Translations under genes and position numbers: made by a program
Notes under the pieces: generated by a model
What the model saw: the letters and a program-made list of their open reading frames with translations, nothing else
Databases searched by the model: none
Told to the model about the DNA's origin: nothing
Shown here: positions 28,258 through 36,943 of the stretch, one piece after another
How positions within the stretch are numbered: position 1 is the first letter of the stretch
Layout of the letters: each line of letters starts with the position of its first letter
DNA from: Promethearchaeia archaeon
GTDB taxonomy: Archaea > Asgardarchaeota > Lokiarchaeia > Sigyniarchaeales > SOKP01
Direction of reading: 5' to 3'
DNA length: 48,365 nucleotides
Assembly (NCBI GenBank): GCA_029856155.1
Contig: JAHQWL010000033.1
Span: 1 to 48,365 of the forward strand

Positions 28258-29580
28258 TTATTCGCCTCCTTTAAAATTTCTATTTGCTGCTAGTGTAAAT
28301 TTCTCAAAAGTACCGATGTGGTCTTTTACTTGACTAAGCAATTCGTCTTTTGATAGACTCACATTAAATCCTTTAAGTACAGTATCTGCAAATCTCTCCG
28401 CTTGATTAACTCCCCATTCAGTTTGGCCAAAACAGCCAGTACAGGGTGAATTAACCTTTATACACATTCCACCGCAACCAGCTTTAGTAATAGGGCCTGC
28501 ACATATGTAGCCTTGTTCAATAAAACAATCCTCCATATTAGGAAGACCCTCGTAATCTCTTTTTACTCTAGTCATTGTTGATTTACTTCCGATAATTCTT
28601 GGACAGGTATCACAAACAGTTGAAATTTCAGTGAAATCACGATTATCTCTTAAGAATCCCATTAACTTTCCTGCTATTTCTTCTGTTGTAGGAGGAAGAT
28701 TCGCTAGAGGTGTTTCAGGAGAACCACGTTTCTTTATTTGTTTTAAAATATCTCCTGCTAGATCAAATCCCGCCATGAGAGGAATATTTAAAAATAATGG
28801 TAAAAATTCATAGAGACTCTTTTTATCACCCGAACTGAGAGCACCAAGATTATTTGCCATATTATTTAATTTGTCGGCTCTGGAATCAACAGTCTTAGCA
28901 GGTCCAAAGCAGCCAACACAAGGTTTGCCGTCACTAGTACATTTTAAACTACAACCGATACTAGTGATTGGACCAAAGCATAGTGTGCCTTTATCCAATA
29001 AACAATTATCTTTGATACTACAATCATTACAAAATGCTATATCATTCATCGGAAATGGTTTTTGACCTAATAAGAAGACAATTGCGCTTGCAATCGCTTC
29101 TGGTTTTGGAGGACAACCAGACATATACGCATCAACTTTAATAATATCATCAACAGGTACTATTTTATCTGCAAACCCTGGTGTATTCACCATTGGTTCT
29201 CCACCACTACCATCAGCTATACTTTCAACTTCAGAAAACTTGCGTTTTACTAGGTTATCTTTACTCCATTGGTTAGCTAATCCATGCACGTTACCATAAC
29301 ATGAGCAGCTACCAAAAGCCACGATTAAAGCACACTTTTGACGTAGTAATTTAGTTTGTGCTAAATCATGTTTAGTACGTAAACTTCCCTCAACGAATCC
29401 TACAAGAATTTCTCCGTCTTCTCTCGCTTTCAATGAATCATATTTGAAATCTACTACAGCCGGCCAATAGACAATCTCTAATGCTGGGAGAATATTAAGT
29501 AAACCTAAATGCAAATTAAGTAGACTTTGATGACAACCCCAGCAATCAGAATTTTGTAAGAATGCTACTTTTACAGCCAT
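28258..29580 (-). CDS. vhuG: Hydrogenase small subunit (MvhG/VhuG) with duplicated C-terminal Fe-S module
   Basis: DCWGCH, VEGS, AFGSCSCYG, SGCPP; two C..C...C...C.GPIT..GC...C...PC.GCFG modules. ATG 29580 is preferred over GTG 29589 because GGTGA then forms the SD. Confidence 0.9.
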   Translation of the reverse strand: MAVKVAFLQNSDCWGCHQSLLNLHLGLLNILPALEIVYWPAVVDFKYDSLKAREDGEILVGFVEGSLRTKHDLAQTKLLRQKCALIVAFGSCSCYGNVHGLANQWSKDNLVKRKFSEVESIADGSGGEPMVNTPGFADKIVPVDDIIKVDAYMSGCPPKPEAIASAIVFLLGQKPFPMNDIAFCNDCSIKDNCLLDKGTLCFGPITSIGCSLKCTSDGKPCVGCFGPAKTVDSRADKLNNMANNLGALSSGDKKSLYEFLPLFLNIPLMAGFDLAGDILKQIKKRGSPETPLANLPPTTEEIAGKLMGFLRDNRDFTEISTVCDTCPRIIGSKSTMTRVKRDYEGLPNMEDCFIEQGYICAGPITKAGCGGMCIKVNSPCTGCFGQTEWGVNQAERFADTVLKGFNVSLSKDELLSQVKDHIGTFEKFTLAANRNFKGGE

Positions 29581-29722
29581 ATTTTTCACCTAAAAATATA
29601 ATCATATTTCTTTATTTTTCTCATATTTTTTTTTAAAAAAATGAATTTTTAATTATATTCAGAAAATTACTTAATTATTTAATTCTTATTGATTATCTAA
29701 TATAAGTTTTATAAATAACTGA

Positions 29723-29782
29723 TATGAATAATTATTCAAAAATAAAAACAGTTAAATCTATGAATAATTATTCAAAAATAAA
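29723..29782. promoter_or_regulatory. Two 24-bp direct repeats (TATGAATAATTATTCAAAAATAAA), each containing the 14-bp palindrome TGAATAATTATTCA, upstream of the hydrogenase operon
   Basis: Copies at 29723-29746 and 29759-29782, 36-bp period, 140-200 bp upstream of vhuG. Confidence 0.75.
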
Positions 29783-30130
29783 TTTAAATGAACCTAGGAA
29801 TTTGAGATTTTGGAATAATATAATAATGTATTTTGTAAAATGAAGTATTGCATAAAATGAATTAAGTTAGCAGAATTAATTAAATTGGATTTAACCTGGA
29901 ATAAGTTAACAAGATTACCCTATACAATAACACATTTAAAATCTTTGGAAACATTAATTATATATGATAATGAATTGATTTATATCCCCGAATCAATAAG
30001 CAATCTTCAATCACTAACACATTTAAATTTATGCGGTAATAATTTATATAAAATCTCTGCTTCTGTTCAAAATATTGTTAACCTAGAAAAACTCATAATT
30101 TAGTATAATTATATAACACACGCTTCTTAA
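29781..30130 (+). pseudogene. Degraded leucine-rich-repeat protein fragment
   Basis: LDLTWNKLTRLP..LKSLETLIIYDNELIYIPESISNLQSLTHLNLCGNNL are LxxLxLxxNxL repeats. The pattern continues past stops and a frameshift on both sides of ORF 29885-30103. Confidence 0.7.
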
Positions 30131-30177
30131 GACGTATAAATAATATTATAATTACTTATCATTCAATTATAGTTCTT

Positions 30178-30594
30178 TTAGAATGTTTTCATAAAATCAG
30201 ATAAGCTTATTCTTTTCAACCCTGGAATAGAATTAAACTCGTCATCTTCAGATATGATTGAATTATCTAAGTTAATAGCAATCCCCGCATGTAGGCAATT
30301 ATAAAAACTCATATTATGTGTTCTATATAAATTTAAAGCTGTTAAAAAATTTTTTATATTTAAAGGTGCCCAATCAATATTTTTTATACCTTGTAAATTT
30401 CCAACATCATTTTCAAACTCACTTTCAATATCATGCTTCTTATAAATATAGTTTAATTCTAACAGAGAAATTATAGAAAGTTTAGCAGTAAAAATCCCTT
30501 CATGAATCTTTTTAAATAGAAAACTAGCACATTCATGGTTTTTATCGTTTTTATTCAAAAATGCATATATAGTATCTGTCTCAACTAAAGGCAT
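30178..30594 (-). CDS. PIN-domain VapC-like toxin
   Basis: LVETDTIYAFLNKNDKNH, SLLEL, SFYNCLHAGIA, IISEDDEF; probable start ATG 30594, just after the antitoxin stop. Confidence 0.85.
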   Translation of the reverse strand: MPLVETDTIYAFLNKNDKNHECASFLFKKIHEGIFTAKLSIISLLELNYIYKKHDIESEFENDVGNLQGIKNIDWAPLNIKNFLTALNLYRTHNMSFYNCLHAGIAINLDNSIISEDDEFNSIPGLKRISLSDFMKTF

Positions 30595-30598
30595 ATGA

Positions 30599-30841
30599 TT
30601 ACACAATATTAAAGTCATCTAAAGCTAATTTTTCTAAATTCTTTTTTAGGATTTTTAATGGTCTCTCCCAATTATATTTACCATTTAAACATTCAAATGG
30701 ATTCCTGCTCAATGGAATAATTGCTATATGATCACCAGCATCAAATTGAAGTACTTCTTGGCCTGGGTCTATATTATATTTTTTTCTTAATTTATTTTTA
30801 ATAACTATTTCCCCATGTTTACCTATTTTTGCATTAGGCAT
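30599..30841 (-). CDS. AbrB/MazE/SpoVT-family antitoxin
   Basis: KIGKHGEIVIKNKLRKKYNIDPGQEV; directly upstream of the PIN gene. Confidence 0.85.
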   Translation of the reverse strand: MPNAKIGKHGEIVIKNKLRKKYNIDPGQEVLQFDAGDHIAIIPLSRNPFECLNGKYNWERPLKILKKNLEKLALDDFNIV

Positions 30842-31097
30842 ATGTATTCTCCGATTTTATTCACTTTATTATTAATACTAAAAGTTAAAAACATAAAAAT
30901 ATTGTTTTTTAATTATTAGATACACAGTATACAACAATAATATTTTTAAAAATGGTAAAGCGTATTATCAATAATATCTATTTTTGTTAAAATTTTACAA
31001 AATTATGTTTTAGATTATAAATACTTCCTTCAATAATTGTCTTTTTAAAAACTTTTAGGAACATCTATCATTATTAATATCAAATAATCTAAAATAA

Positions 31098-31127
31098 TTC
31101 GAACTTTTTTCAAGTAAGAAGTTCGAA
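31098..31127. promoter_or_regulatory. Inverted repeat TTCGAACTT-N12-AAGTTCGAA
   Basis: Perfect 9-bp arms in the divergent region between the antitoxin and the Lrp gene. Confidence 0.45.
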
Positions 31128-31249
31128 AATAGAAAAAAGATTTGAGAATAATAATGAATAATGAATAAAAAGATTAATAATGTATAATAAAAGAATTTTT
31201 TTAAAGAATAAGCTAAAATTTTAATGATAACTTATTTAAAATTACATAA

Positions 31250-31266
31250 TTTTGTTCAGAACAAAA
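31250..31266. promoter_or_regulatory. Palindrome TTTTGTTC-A-GAACAAAA upstream of the Lrp/AsnC gene
   Basis: Perfect 8-bp arms about 70 bp before ATG 31335. Confidence 0.5.
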
Positions 31267-31334
31267 AGTTAGAGTACGGAGGCATATTTCTCCTTTAAAA
31301 ATATTTAAATAGATAAGTTTATTCCATTAATTAC

Positions 31335-31865
31335 ATGAACACTAAATTAGATAAGACAGATCGTGAAATTCTTGACATTTTAACTCAAGATGGCAGGGAA
31401 GCTTTTACGAAAATCTCAGAGAAATTATCCTTTAGTGATACGGGAGTTAAGAAGAGATTATCTAAACTAAATAAAGATGGAATATTAAAGGTACAAGGGA
31501 ATCTTAGTCTTGATGCATTACATTTCAAAGCGTGCTTAATACTTCTCGAGATTAGAACAAATGAAGATTTGAATAATATAATCAAAGCTTATGAATCTTG
31601 CCCTTATTTATTTTTAACATTAGAATTATTAGGGAGTTTTAACCTTCTGATAGGGTTCTATGGGCATAATATAGAAGACCTAGATAAAAAAATAAAATAT
31701 TGTGGCCCCAGGCGTATGCAAGGTGTTTTACATTCAAAATTAATATTAATTTCAAGTTTTAAAATACCTCAATTTTTACCGCTTAAAATAATTAGTGAAA
31801 ATAACTTTCAAAAAGAAAGCCTCCATATCTGTGAAAAATGTCAGAGATACAAATTAGAAAGGTAA
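31335..31865 (+). CDS. Lrp/AsnC-family transcriptional regulator with Cys-containing C-terminal tail
   Basis: LDKTDREILDILTQDGR...ISEKL.....VKKRLSKL HTH; CP, CGP and CEKC cysteines. Confidence 0.88.
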   Translation: MNTKLDKTDREILDILTQDGREAFTKISEKLSFSDTGVKKRLSKLNKDGILKVQGNLSLDALHFKACLILLEIRTNEDLNNIIKAYESCPYLFLTLELLGSFNLLIGFYGHNIEDLDKKIKYCGPRRMQGVLHSKLILISSFKIPQFLPLKIISENNFQKESLHICEKCQRYKLER

Positions 31866-31973
31866 TCAACATCTGATTATATTGTCTATTTATATCTATT
31901 TATTAGTATAGTTTCTAAACTAGTCAATAGATGTTATGTAAATAAAAAAGAAAAAAAAAGAAAATTAGTATAA

Positions 31974-34040
31974 TTAAATCTTTTCAATTTTTGCTGCGCA
32001 TACTTTATATTCTGGGATTTTCGCTATGGGATCGACAGCATTTATCGTAAGAACATTAGCTGGAGCTTCTTCAAAGTGGAATGGAATAAATATTAAACCT
32101 TTTTTAACCCGATCTGTTACTTTCGTTTTAATTGTAATTTCTCCACGGCGAGTCTTAACTTTAACTTTCTGTCCATCTACGATATTCATATCAACCGCAT
32201 CTTGAGGAGAAACTTCAACATATCCTTCAGGAACTCTTGCATTTAAAGTTGCGGATCTTCTACTCATTGTTCCCGTATGATAATGCCAGAGCATCCTTCC
32301 CGTCGACAAGATTAGAGGATAATCATTATCAGGTAATTCTGCTGGTTCTTTAAATGAGATTGCATGAAAATGCCCTTTGCCTCTCGAGAATTTGCCGTCT
32401 TTATGTAAATAAATAGTTCCAGGGTGATTTTCATCAGGACAAGGCCATTGAAAACCTTCATCTGTAGCATTTAACCTTTCCCATGTAATTCCACAATATA
32501 TAGGGGTCACTCTATTTATTTCTGAAAGAATTTCTTTTGGATGGGAATATGATAGTCCATCATAACCCATAGCTTTCGCAATTAAGCCAATAATTTCCCA
32601 ATCATGTTTAGAATTTCCTACAGGAGGAATTACTTGTCTTATCAATTGAATTCTTCTTTCAGTACTGGTGAAAGTTCCATCGGTTTCAGCAAAAGAAGCA
32701 GCAGGTAAGACTACATCAGCTAATTCTGTTGTAGGGGTTGGAAAAATATCTTGCACAACGAGGAATACCTTTTTTAAGCCTTTTCTTACATGATTAATGT
32801 CGGGATCGCTCATCATGGGATTTTCTCCCATTACGTACAATCCTTTTAAATTACCATCACAGGCTTCATTTATCATCTCAGTAACGGTGAGACCAACTTT
32901 ATCATCCATTTCATTTACATCAATCCCCCATTCTTTTGCCATCTTTTCACGTTTATCAGCTTCAACAACCTTTTGATAACCAGAAAATACATTCGATAAT
33001 GCTCCAAGATCACACGCACCTTGAACATTTTGTTGTCCCCGTAAAGGATTGACACCCGTACCCCATTTTCCCATATTTCCGCATAACATTTGAAGATTTG
33101 CAGTGCTTTTAACATTGTCTACACCTGTAGTGTGCTGTGTTATTCCCATCGAATATATCAAGGATACTGCTTTTCCGTTTCCAATAATTCTTGCTGCATC
33201 AATAATCTTTTCTTTTTTAACACCAGTTATTTCAGCTGCTTTCTCTGGAGTCATTTTCATGACTTCTTCTTTAAATTCTTCAAAATTCTCACAGTAATTG
33301 TCAATAAATTCTTTATCATAAAGATTTTCTTTTATAATAACATTCATCATGCCATTCATAAGTGCTACATCCGTTCCAGGTCTCTGGTTCATCTCAATAC
33401 CATCATGATCTGTTGCCAATTCAGATAAAGGAATGGTACGAGGATCTGCGACAATGATTTTTGCGCCTTTAGATAAAGCGGTTAATACTCTTTTTCCTAT
33501 GAGGGGATGTTGTTCATTAGTATTAGATCCAGTAATGAAAATAACATCAGCATCTGCAATTTCATCAATGGAATTAGTCATGGCACCAGATCCAAAAGCA
33601 GCAGCTAATCCAGCAACTGTGGAAGAGTGACATAGCCTTGCACAGTGATCTATATTATTAGTTTTGAATACGGTTCTAGCAAATTTTTGCATAACATAAT
33701 TTTCTTCATTTGTGCATTTTGCAGAACTTAAAAATCCGAGTACCCTCTTATTTCCGGGATTTTCCTCCATTATCTTTTTAAAGTTCTCAGCAATGTAGCT
33801 TATCGCCTCATCCCAACTTACTTCTACTAACGTTCCATTTTTTCTGATCATGGGTTCAATAAGCCTATCCGGATGATGGATGAATTCATGGACATTCCAC
33901 CCTTTGATACACAATTTTCCTAGTCCCGGATTAAATCCATCTCGGACTGGTTTGGTATCAACAATTTTTCCATCCTGAACTTTTAAATATATTTGGCAAC
34001 CTGTACCACAATACACACAAGTCGTTTTTACTTTCTCCAC
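31974..34040 (-). CDS. fdhA: Mo/W-bisPGD formate dehydrogenase alpha subunit, Cys form
   Basis: TCVYCGTGC...LCIKG [4Fe-4S], HCARLCHSST, LRGQQNVQG, IPEYKVCA; GTG start with GGAGG SD. Confidence 0.95.
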   Translation of the reverse strand: MEKVKTTCVYCGTGCQIYLKVQDGKIVDTKPVRDGFNPGLGKLCIKGWNVHEFIHHPDRLIEPMIRKNGTLVEVSWDEAISYIAENFKKIMEENPGNKRVLGFLSSAKCTNEENYVMQKFARTVFKTNNIDHCARLCHSSTVAGLAAAFGSGAMTNSIDEIADADVIFITGSNTNEQHPLIGKRVLTALSKGAKIIVADPRTIPLSELATDHDGIEMNQRPGTDVALMNGMMNVIIKENLYDKEFIDNYCENFEEFKEEVMKMTPEKAAEITGVKKEKIIDAARIIGNGKAVSLIYSMGITQHTTGVDNVKSTANLQMLCGNMGKWGTGVNPLRGQQNVQGACDLGALSNVFSGYQKVVEADKREKMAKEWGIDVNEMDDKVGLTVTEMINEACDGNLKGLYVMGENPMMSDPDINHVRKGLKKVFLVVQDIFPTPTTELADVVLPAASFAETDGTFTSTERRIQLIRQVIPPVGNSKHDWEIIGLIAKAMGYDGLSYSHPKEILSEINRVTPIYCGITWERLNATDEGFQWPCPDENHPGTIYLHKDGKFSRGKGHFHAISFKEPAELPDNDYPLILSTGRMLWHYHTGTMSRRSATLNARVPEGYVEVSPQDAVDMNIVDGQKVKVKTRRGEITIKTKVTDRVKKGLIFIPFHFEEAPANVLTINAVDPIAKIPEYKVCAAKIEKI

Positions 34041-34041
34041 T

Positions 34042-34932
34042 TTACATTACCTCCCATACTTTTATTTCTGGTTTAATTCTATGTGTTTTATATCCAATTT
34101 CATCCAAACTCTTACCCATGGCTAATCCTATCAATTCAACCGCGTACATTACAGGAATTTTAGAATCTTTGAGTTCAGGATAATCCCTCGATGCCATAAT
34201 CTGTCCCATATCAAATTGTATAAAGCAAAAAGGACATCCAGTACTTAAAATGTGTGCTCCAGTATGATTTTTTATATCGAGTAGTTTATTTGCAATACAT
34301 TTATTATTAGCTTCTTTATCACCAACTAAATTTAATGCAACACCACAGCAATCCACCTTAGTTATATAATCGACTGCGGTGGCTCCCAACGCTGAAACAA
34401 ATTTATCGTATTCTTGTGGATCAGTGGGGTCATCATATTTAAGAATCTCATCTGGCATCAGTAAATGGCACCCAGGATGACTCGCAACTTTTAAACCATG
34501 TAAAGGCTTTTTAACTTTACTCTTTAAATTCTCATATCCTAGATCTTCCTTAATTACCTGCATTAGATGTTTAACCTTAACGGTACCTTTATACTCTTTA
34601 CCGATTTCCTTTAATACATTATTTACAGCAGCTTTTAATTCTGCACTCTTTTGTAATTTTGCGTTAGTTATTGCTAAGGTATTTAAACAACCGTTACAAA
34701 GCGTCATAATGTCCATTCCTTTCTCTTCAGCAATTGCTAAATTTCTTGCAGCAACAGCTAACCAGAAATAATGATTTGCCCCTTCAAGCTGAACTGGATC
34801 TGGACAACAAGAAAACTGTTCTTCTTCCTGCAGCTCGATCCCTATTTCAGGAAGAATATCTAAAGCAAGTTTTTCCACATTTGGTAACTTAGCTGGTATA
34901 GTACACCCTTTAAAAAATAGATATTTAGGCAT
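34042..34932 (-). CDS. hdrB: Heterodisulfide reductase subunit B (copy 2)
   Basis: GC..SCCP..LCNGC and HPGCH..DCCG..GCPFC. Confidence 0.93.
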   Translation of the reverse strand: MPKYLFFKGCTIPAKLPNVEKLALDILPEIGIELQEEEQFSCCPDPVQLEGANHYFWLAVAARNLAIAEEKGMDIMTLCNGCLNTLAITNAKLQKSAELKAAVNNVLKEIGKEYKGTVKVKHLMQVIKEDLGYENLKSKVKKPLHGLKVASHPGCHLLMPDEILKYDDPTDPQEYDKFVSALGATAVDYITKVDCCGVALNLVGDKEANNKCIANKLLDIKNHTGAHILSTGCPFCFIQFDMGQIMASRDYPELKDSKIPVMYAVELIGLAMGKSLDEIGYKTHRIKPEIKVWEVM

Positions 34933-34935
34933 AAT

Positions 34936-35418
34936 TTAAGCAACCTCCGTTTTAAAAGCAGTTCTTTCTGCAATTATTCTTAATTCTTTAATTACATTCT
35001 CATTTGCAGATAATTCTTTTAAGCCTATTTTTTTCCTGTCAGCATTAACTTTAGCACCAGTTTCATACGCAATGCCCGTATTTAAGACTTGTTTTGCTAA
35101 AGCATAAACAGAACTTGGAGCTAAACCTCTCTGATAAGATAACTGTTTCAAGTTCGTAAATACTTCAGCGGGTTCCGCATCTTGAGGGCATACCATGATG
35201 CATTTTTCACAATTACTACACATCCACACATCTTTCAATGTTGTAGATTCTTCTGCTCCATAGAGCTGTGAAATGAAAGCATCTTCAATATTATATCTAC
35301 TGACATTCATAGTGACGGGACAAAATAAAGCACAGGCCGAACATTTAAAACAGACAGCAACTTCAGGGTTTTTTTCTATTATTTCATCCTTATCGTATTT
35401 TATTCTAATTACTTCCAT
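34936..35418 (-). CDS. hdrC: Heterodisulfide reductase subunit C (copy 2)
   Basis: CFKCSACALFCP and WMCSNCEKCIMVCPQ. Confidence 0.9.
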   Translation of the reverse strand: MEVIRIKYDKDEIIEKNPEVAVCFKCSACALFCPVTMNVSRYNIEDAFISQLYGAEESTTLKDVWMCSNCEKCIMVCPQDAEPAEVFTNLKQLSYQRGLAPSSVYALAKQVLNTGIAYETGAKVNADRKKIGLKELSANENVIKELRIIAERTAFKTEVA

Positions 35419-35603
35419 AAAATTTCTACACTTCTTTAATGTGATTTTTTGTTAAAATATTTAATATGTATTCTAATAAGTAATCCAATTTAAGCTATTA
35501 GATTAGACCATTCAGTTAGACAAGTTTATAGGATACTGATAACTTCTAAATTTGAACCAAAAATTTTTTACTGCTAGAATTTTCTATCCTTTCTCTTCAT
35601 GAG

Positions 35604-35646
35604 AGTTCGGATTTCGAACTATTGAATAATTATCGGTTCGATAATT
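35604..35646. promoter_or_regulatory. Adjacent palindromes AGTTCG-N5-CGAACT and AATTATCG-GTT-CGATAATT in the fdh/FNT divergent promoter
   Basis: At 35604-35620 and 35628-35646; they also overlap TGAATAATTAT, a partial copy of the hydrogenase-operon motif. Confidence 0.55.
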
Positions 35647-35769
35647 TTGAATTTTCTAAGAGCCGTTATCAAAATTCTGGTAAAAAAATTTAAAAATAAA
35701 CCATAATTCCTTTTTGCATTCTTTAATAAAAGAATAATTAAAAAAAAAAAAATAAAAAGAGGATAAATT

Positions 35770-36882
35770 ATGTCTTGTATAGATCCTACAATTAATGCTA
35801 TTTCGAATGCGGGATCTGGTAAAACCAAACAATCATTTGCAGTTAACTTACTTACGGGTTGGAATGCAGGAGCGTTCATTGCTATAGGTGCCACACTAGC
35901 AACTATTTCGGCCATAAAAGTAAGTGCGGCTTGGAGTAATTTTATCTTTGCGGCAGTGTTCCCCATTGGTCTTATCGGTATTATCTTTATGGGAGGAGCC
36001 GATCTCTTTACTGGAGATTGCATGATTACCCCTTTAGCATGTTACACGCGAAAGTCAAAAATGAATGAAGTATTTAGAAATTGGTTTTTAGCTCTTGGAG
36101 GAAATCTGATAGGATCCATTTGTTGGGCTTGGATTGTTGCCTTTTCTTTAATATATGGAGGGAGTATAACGGCAGGTGCTGCTACTAAAGCGATCGCTGT
36201 GGCAAATGGAAAAGTTGCATTAGTGGGGCAAGATTTCATTGGTGGATTTTCCGTGATGGTATTTAAAGGTATAATCTGTAATTTATTGGTTAATTTTGCG
36301 ATATATCAAGCCACTAAATCTAATGAAAATCTAATGGCAAAAGTGTTCAACATATGGTTTCCTATAATGGCATTCGTCATGGTTGGATCCGAGCACCTTA
36401 TAGCGAATATGTTCTTCATACCTGTTGGAATCTTCTCAGGAGCTCCGATAACGTGGACTCAGACCTTCATTTCCAATTTTCTACCAGTCTTATTAGGAAA
36501 CATGATTGGGGGATATGTATTCATGGGATTGAATTATTGGTTTACAACTGGAAGCCATGATGTCAACGATCCCGAAGGAACCGTACATTCTGATGCAAAA
36601 CGTATAGGGAGAGCTATTAAAATGTTAGTTCCCTTAATAATCGGTTTTGTAATTTTAGCTTTAGCCTATATCATTGTACCCGCAGGAATCTCCATGATTA
36701 TGGAAATAGGTATTACACCAACTGATGGCTATGCACGTATAGACTTAATGCAACCTGCAAATCTAATGCTAGGTAATGTGATGACAACTGTCATAATTCC
36801 GGTTGTAATTATTGTATATACGATTCTAATAAGTATAGTATTAAGAATAGTGTTCAGAAAAGCCGTAAAACTTAGAAAATAG
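35770..36882 (+). CDS. fdhC: Formate/nitrite transporter (FNT, FocA/FdhC family) with C-terminal extension
   Basis: FPIGLI, GADLFTG, GNLIG, KGIICNLLV, EHLIANM, LGNMIGG; divergent from the fdhA operon. Confidence 0.9.
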   Translation: MSCIDPTINAISNAGSGKTKQSFAVNLLTGWNAGAFIAIGATLATISAIKVSAAWSNFIFAAVFPIGLIGIIFMGGADLFTGDCMITPLACYTRKSKMNEVFRNWFLALGGNLIGSICWAWIVAFSLIYGGSITAGAATKAIAVANGKVALVGQDFIGGFSVMVFKGIICNLLVNFAIYQATKSNENLMAKVFNIWFPIMAFVMVGSEHLIANMFFIPVGIFSGAPITWTQTFISNFLPVLLGNMIGGYVFMGLNYWFTTGSHDVNDPEGTVHSDAKRIGRAIKMLVPLIIGFVILALAYIIVPAGISMIMEIGITPTDGYARIDLMQPANLMLGNVMTTVIIPVVIIVYTILISIVLRIVFRKAVKLRK

Positions 36883-36943
36883 AAAAGAAATACTACAACA
36901 TTTTTTTTTATTATTATCTTAAAAATTAAATATAGGATGCATT

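Noticed and set aside
29723-29782. 24-bp direct repeats as a mini CRISPR array
   Set aside because: Only two copies, a 12-bp spacer and no cas genes.
33620-33650. Selenocysteine in FdhA
   Set aside because: The ligand codon is TGT (CARLCH) and the ORF is uninterrupted.
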